DNA of 57,358 nucleotides, filler included, from Bipalium vagum (Eukaryota): NCBI GenBank assembly GCA_037834085.1. It is 3 parts of 3 records of this genome, joined end to end, with 100 filler letters (N's around TTAATTAATTAA, not from the genome) between each part and the next. Parts side by side here need not be neighbours in the genome. Positions count along the whole stretch, not along the records: positions 36,116 to 57,358 come from JBBMKC010240084.1; 2 more parts are not named here. One strand, 5' to 3'. The notes below the pieces were generated by a model. That model saw only the letters and a program-made list of their open reading frames with translations. It ran no database searches and was not told the DNA's origin. The position numbers and the translations under genes are program-made. Below, in pieces: positions 51,461 to 57,358 of the stretch (within the stretch, counting starts at the first letter, position 1; each line of letters opens with the position of its first letter).

Positions 51461-53074
51461 TCAATTATTTTCATCGAAAAACATGTTATCAAATATTGAC
51501 TTTGTGAATTCAGAAGCTGTTGATAACGTAGCAGTAACCAACATTAACAATTTAACAAAAATGTGAGCAAAATATAAAATATTTTATGTATCATCTTTAT
51601 AAAAAAAATTTTCATTCACAAAACTAAAGAAAAAATAACATTGGTAATTCGGATTTATTAAGATAATTTAAATTATTTTTGCATGATATTATAAATAAAT
51701 AAATAAATTAATTAATTAAAACTAGCTTTAATTAATCTTAATTTTAATCATATATCTTCGATACAAACTCGTTGGAAAATTAAATTTTCAAGAAAAATCA
51801 TAGGTTACATCCAAATAAAATATATACACATTAACTAATTATCACTATTAGTTGAAAATAAATTCAACAGTTTTCTTCGCAGAAGAAAATTGAATTAAGA
51901 CTTGAGAGGATGTCAGATAAAATTATTTAATCTTTATATTCATCAGTAATTTAATTCCATTTTTCAAAATCTACAAAGTTTTAAGACATTTTGGACATAA
52001 TATTAAGAAAAAATAATAATTCCAAAGTTTTTTTGAAAATATTTTTGAACAGAAAAAAAATTTTTTTCCTTTTCTATTAAAATATATCAAAAATTAAATT
52101 TCAAGTTATTATTTTTGCTTATTTCTTTCTCAACGTTAAAAAGGATAATTTCTTTTCTAACTTGACGTAATAATTCTATTGTGCATATTACAAAAGAAAT
52201 GTTTATGAGGACAAAAACATCGTAAAATATCTTAAAAGAATGATTATTTACGATAATAATTAATTAATATATAAATACTCAAATAAAATACAGAACTCTT
52301 TTCATCTTTCGTATTTAATTAATTAATGGGCAAAAAACAAAAAAGAGAAAATTCATTGATAAATATTTAGTTGATTATTTAATATCTAATTAAAATTCTT
52401 TAATCAATGTTTGATTTCCTTTGCAACTTCGAAAAAGAACACATGGATTAAACAATCAATTTACAGTTCACAAATAAGTTATGAATCGGATAACAGCTTA
52501 AAATATTGATTATTATTGTTATTACAATAATAATAAAAAATAAAAACGAAACAATTTCCAATTTGCACATAATGATAAAAAGTTAAGTCACAATGTTCTC
52601 TAAGATTTTTTCAATAATGCTTACAAAAGTAGACTGATATTTTTAAAACTCCATGAAATATTTATAAACATTTATGAACAGTTAAAGAGTGGAAAACTGA
52701 TGATTTTGGTTTTGATAGAATAGCTGATAGTTAGTACTTCTTAAAATTATGAGTACATTATTAAGAGATTTGTAAAAATCCCAGATAAAATATCCATTCC
52801 TGGGGATGAAAAATATCAATAAAAAAAGTTACCTTAAATAAATTTATTAAGATAGTGATAAAGTTTATCTCTTCTTTACACCAATAATAGAATTATCTAA
52901 AAGTAAAATTATCAAAATGTATCATGCACTTTTTATATTTATTCCTCCATATTTAGGTGGTCTTTTCTTTAAAAAGTGAAAATAAATAAATTTTTAACAA
53001 AAATTCAGGAAAATCCTGTGTAATAATAAAATTCTCAAGTTTTAACTAATAATAATCTCCTTTTACGTTTATGA

Positions 53075-53260
53075 ACTTTCCAATGGTTCTCGACATTTAT
53101 GATGCCATTATAAAGTATCCTTTATCATAAGCTTCAAACTACTCAGTTGTTTGACTTATAACGTCGTTGGTTTGAGCAAACCTCTTTCATCCGAGACATT
53201 TTTTGAAATCTGGAAACAAAAAGAAATCAGACGGTACTAAATCTGGAGAATTCATTGGAT
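53075..53260 (-). mobile_element. mariner 3' fragment
   Basis: NSPDLVPSDFFLFPDFKKCLG*KRF. Confidence 0.8.
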
Positions 53261-53589
53261 ACTAAGAGCATCCAAAAACAGTTGCCATAATCTTTCCAGT
53301 CAATGGTGTAACTTTACCAGGTAGCTCTTACTTAATCAGTCCACTTTCGTATGACATTTAAGTATCGAATTTCTCAATTTTTATGAATTAAAATAAGATG
53401 ATTTATAAGATGTAGATCGATTTTAAAGAATTCATTAAAGTATTTAAAGAAGTTTGTTTTATTGTCCATTGTTACTATTTAAGGAGACTTTATTATTTAT
53501 TGTTGGGTATTTATAGTTTTAAAATAATAATTATTATTATTTAATATTATATATTAATATCTTATCATGATGTATGTTAATTGAGTGAT

Positions 53590-54398
53590 CACTTAAATGC
53601 TCCTTTAGGTTTTGTTAACGTCTAACAATAATTTGGTAATTTTTTCATTCTTTCCCAGAAAATCCATTAAGATTATGCTTTCTTAGTCCCAGAAAAACGT
53701 TGCCATAATCTTTTCCCGTGTTCTCAAAACCTTTGGTTTATTCTTTGTGGATAAATTAGAGCGATGTTAATCCTTACTTTCTTGATTTGTCTCTGGATTA
53801 TGATGGCAATCCATTGTTCATCACCAGTAATGACAATTTTAAAGAAGTCTTCTTATGATCCATATTTACGTTAAAAAAGTACAGATCTCCATTCTTTGTT
53901 TCTATATCTCATGAAAATTTTGGAACCCAGTGAAACAATTTTTTGAAACTCAATTCGCCAATTATTGAATGAATACTTACACCAGATATTCCGACTTCTT
54001 CAGACAATTCGATCACCTTTAGATGTCAGTTATCAGAATTTAAATCACTCATACTGGTGGATGGTCTTGTTGTCTAAAATATGAAAATCTTCTTTTTTAA
54101 TCGACTTATCCATCTTTTAACCTTGTTGACACCAATTGTCTTATTTTTCTATACATTGAATATCTATTAATGAATTTTTATCGCCTTGCTTTCATTAGAT
54201 TTGAACAAAAACTGTATCACGCGTTGTTTAATTTTCGTGCTTATTTCATTGGCCATAAATTTTAAAATGATATATTTAAACAAAAATAACAATGCTTTTC
54301 TAAAATCATAATTCTTGATATTTTTAAGCAAATAGTTTTTTATTTATAAATATCAATATTTTTTACTGAATTTGCAAACGATTTTTTGAACGATCTGA
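53590..54398 (-). mobile_element. mariner 5'/middle part, degenerate
   Basis: IVITGDEQW-like segment, HHNPETNQES, KIMATFFWD*ESIILMDFL; TIR-like ta|tcagatcgttcaaaaaatcg. Confidence 0.75.
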
Positions 54399-55972
54399 TA
54401 TATTATATTTAATAATTTTTATCAATTGACAACAAAAATTGGTTAAACATTTATTATTATGATATCTACAGTGATTAATATTAGATATTATACATTTTAA
54501 TCAATTAACTGGTAATATTTTTTATTTAAATTATTTTATCAAATTCTGATTGGTTAAAATTATATTTTTAAAAGCGGTTTTTAGAGAAACAGAGAACTTA
54601 TTATTTTTTATTTTCCCCGATTTTGATGTCGATCTTTTATTAATAATGATTCGCAAATCTATCATTCATCGATGATATCAAAACTGTTCTTGATAATAAA
54701 TGTTTAAAAATTTTTGTTTTAATTGACAAAAAACGTGTTCTTGAAATATAAATTGATTAAGTTCACAAGATTGAAAAAAGATATTTAATAATTCTTATTT
54801 GAAATAATAATGCATTATTCAAATTATATATAAGACAAAAAACTAGTTATAATTTAAACTTAAAAATTAAGATTTTTAGATGAAAAATAATTAATTTTTA
54901 TCGATATTATTTTAATGAAGAATAAATCAAACCAATTACAATAAGTGTCATAAAGCATCACAATAAATAATTTTCAGTAAATTCTATTAAAATTATTTTC
55001 ATACGGATTATATTCAATGTTGAACATCAATGTGAATATTTATTAAAAATTTTATTAAATATCATAAATCCTTTTAAACAATCAATTTCAAAAATCAGAA
55101 AATATAATAAAACCTATTATTTCTGTGCTAAAATGAGATTCGGAATAATAATTAAAATAGGAAATATTAGTATAATTCTTAATTCATTTTTGTAAAATTT
55201 TCTAAAGGAAATCTTCTAAAGTTTGTTTTAACGGCTGTTTTCTCTGTCGTATTTCATTGGTTTAAATTTTATGAATTTTTAAATACTCAATAAATTATGG
55301 ATGTTATTATTTTTCTAGAGAATATCTGTTTGCAATATATTTGAATAATAATTTTTTGTATAGAAGCGAATCTGAAAAGTATTTTTTCTTTTTTATTAAA
55401 GCCTTTTAATATAGCCTGTTTTAGAAGTATCAAATCATAAGACTATTTTTCTCATGTTTTCTTTGATAAATCTGGAGATTAGATATAATTTATTTTTATA
55501 TAAATAAATTATGCCTGAAAGATTTACTAGAATCCCATGCCATAAATAGAGATACTTACAATTTCTTTCTAGAATGTATATCTTAAGCGTAAACATAGAA
55601 TATGGACAAAAATGAAATAGAACTCTTTTATCTTTCCACAAGAAGTCTGAATCATAATTAACTGAAGTCTAGTTTGGATAATACATTAAGATCAAAGAAC
55701 TTTGTATTTTTTAAATTTAAATAAAATAAGAAATATAAATATCATATGAAAACAGCCAAATAAATTGTTTTAATAATTATTAGCAAATATTGCAATTTAT
55801 TAAAAAAATAATTGAGTTGAACATTTTATTTTTTATCTACTATCTTTTAAATTTTTAATTATTTTATTTAAAAACTTTTAATTTTAATTTAAAGAATTTT
55901 AAAAATTATTAATAACTTTTTCATAATAATAATAATGATAATAATAATAATTATTAATATTATTATTATAAA

Positions 55973-56017
<45 letters not shown>

Positions 56018-56958
56018 CGCGAAATACGTTTTTAAAGATATTTAAAGCCAAAGAAAAAATTTATTTATATGTCAACTTATATTATATTTTTCCCAATTAC
56101 AATCTGTCTTTACATTCTTTTTGTCAACATATGAATCAAGACGAAGGACTAAGAAAAATATCCACATCAAATCTCAATAATTCATTCCTGCTGAATCTCC
56201 AATGTAAAATGATTTGCAAAAGCGTTAAAAGGTTTAATTACGAGAGATTAAATACCCACTTGGTCATATTTTAATCTTAGTGTAGTAAATTAAATTTTTA
56301 AAATGTTATCAAATTGAAAACATGGCTGCAATTCTATTTTTACTAATTCCTTGATTTTTGTCTACTATTCTTTGATTTATGAAAATTACTTTTACTTTCT
56401 TTCACAAAAAATTAATATGCAAATATTTAATGGAAACTTAAGATGTTTTTCCTGAGACCTTCAATCATAAAGATTTATTGCTTATGGGTGAATATGTTTT
56501 GGAAAAAAAAAACTTCTTTGTTAATCGAAAATTGTATAGCCTCCTAAATAATCATCTTTTGTCAAAATATTCTTATATCCTTACTTTCTCATATTTGATT
56601 TCAAGTCTCACTTTGATTTTGCTTTAATAGTCTTAATGAATTGAAAGAGAAGATTGGGAAGTTGACATTTTCTATGGAAATTTTCTATGTCCAGTGTTTC
56701 TCCAGAAAATTAAGAAAATCTTAAGTGTTGTCAGAAATTGTTTCTTTTTATTTTAATTATTAGTCTCATAAACACTTCATAACTCCATGAGATAGCTTTA
56801 AAATTACTGATTGGGCTGTTGAAAGTTATATCGGAAATATTGAAGAAAATTATTTTATTATTTATTTTACTTATTATTTAAGTACTATTTATGAACCCAT
56901 TTAAAAATTTAAATAAAAGTTTATATGAATTAATTTAAAAATGTAAAAAAAAACTTAC

Positions 56959-57262
56959 CAATTGAATGTTTATGGTGATGATGATGGGAATGAACATATT
57001 TATGGTGACGTCTTTTAGAAGGTTTATCAGGAGCAGCTTCTTGGTTGTCATTATTTTTCGGTAAAACATGATGATGATGAGTATGTCTATGATGATGGTG
57101 GTGATATCGCTTCTTTGAACACCAATCAACATCATTATAGAAAGGAATTGTCTCGTTATTGGAATAATTACATGTATTAAGAAATCGTTTTGTGTCTCTG
57201 TGAAAGCTATCGTCTGACGAAATCTGTTCAGTGGTCCGACGACGTTTTTTGCTATAATACAT
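56959..57262 (-). CDS. DYRK1: DYRK1 (minibrain/DYRK1A/mbk-1-type kinase) exon: NLS plus His-rich insert
   Basis: Acceptor ttgttttag|ATG TAT TAT AGC AAA AAA CGT; translation YYSKKRRRTTEQISSDDSFHRDTKR matches the DYRK1A NLS segment YYAKKKRR..GDDSSHKKERK; donor ATT G|gtaagt (phase 1). Probably an internal exon, with upstream exons outside the window. Confidence 0.85.
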
Positions 57263-57278
57263 CTAAAACAACAACAAC

Positions 57279-57314
<36 letters not shown>

Positions 57315-57358
57315 CATTATAAAAATTTATGATACTATCGTAAGCAATTTTATTGATT

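Noticed and set aside
56231-56241. GGTTTAATTAC, matching the first 11 nt of nematode SL1
   Set aside because: The match stops there (no CCAAGTTTGAG, donor or Sm site); expected by chance in AT-rich DNA.

Overview
Very AT-rich eukaryotic (almost certainly metazoan) draft-genome window made of three contigs joined by two artificial 100-bp gaps (44 N + TTAATTAATTAA + 44 N). The only clear host gene is a minus-strand class-1 DYRK kinase (DYRK1A/minibrain/mbk-1 type). I could assemble four phase-compatible GT-AG exons (57262-56959, 43341-43172, 41214-41040, 40981-40663) running from the NLS to the YxY activation loop. The C-lobe exons were not found. This DYRK1 has a ~95-aa His/Cys-rich insertion and no recognisable acidic DH box. 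The rest is mostly decayed transposons: ~20 mariner copies or fragments, Tigger/pogo, Tc1, IS630-like, Merlin, Polinton and Gypsy integrase fragments, and an RLE-clade (NeSL/R2-like) non-LTR retrotransposon whose RT carries a long in-frame insertion. There are also four non-coding, hairpin-rich TG...CA LTR-like elements, three of which share a terminal motif. Two decayed multi-exon coding remnants of unknown identity are present. I see no evidence of an intact novel multi-gene system. The most interesting signals are the remodelled DYRK1 N-terminus, the RT insertion and the hairpin-rich LTR-like family. All family calls come from hand translation and remembered motifs, not database searches.
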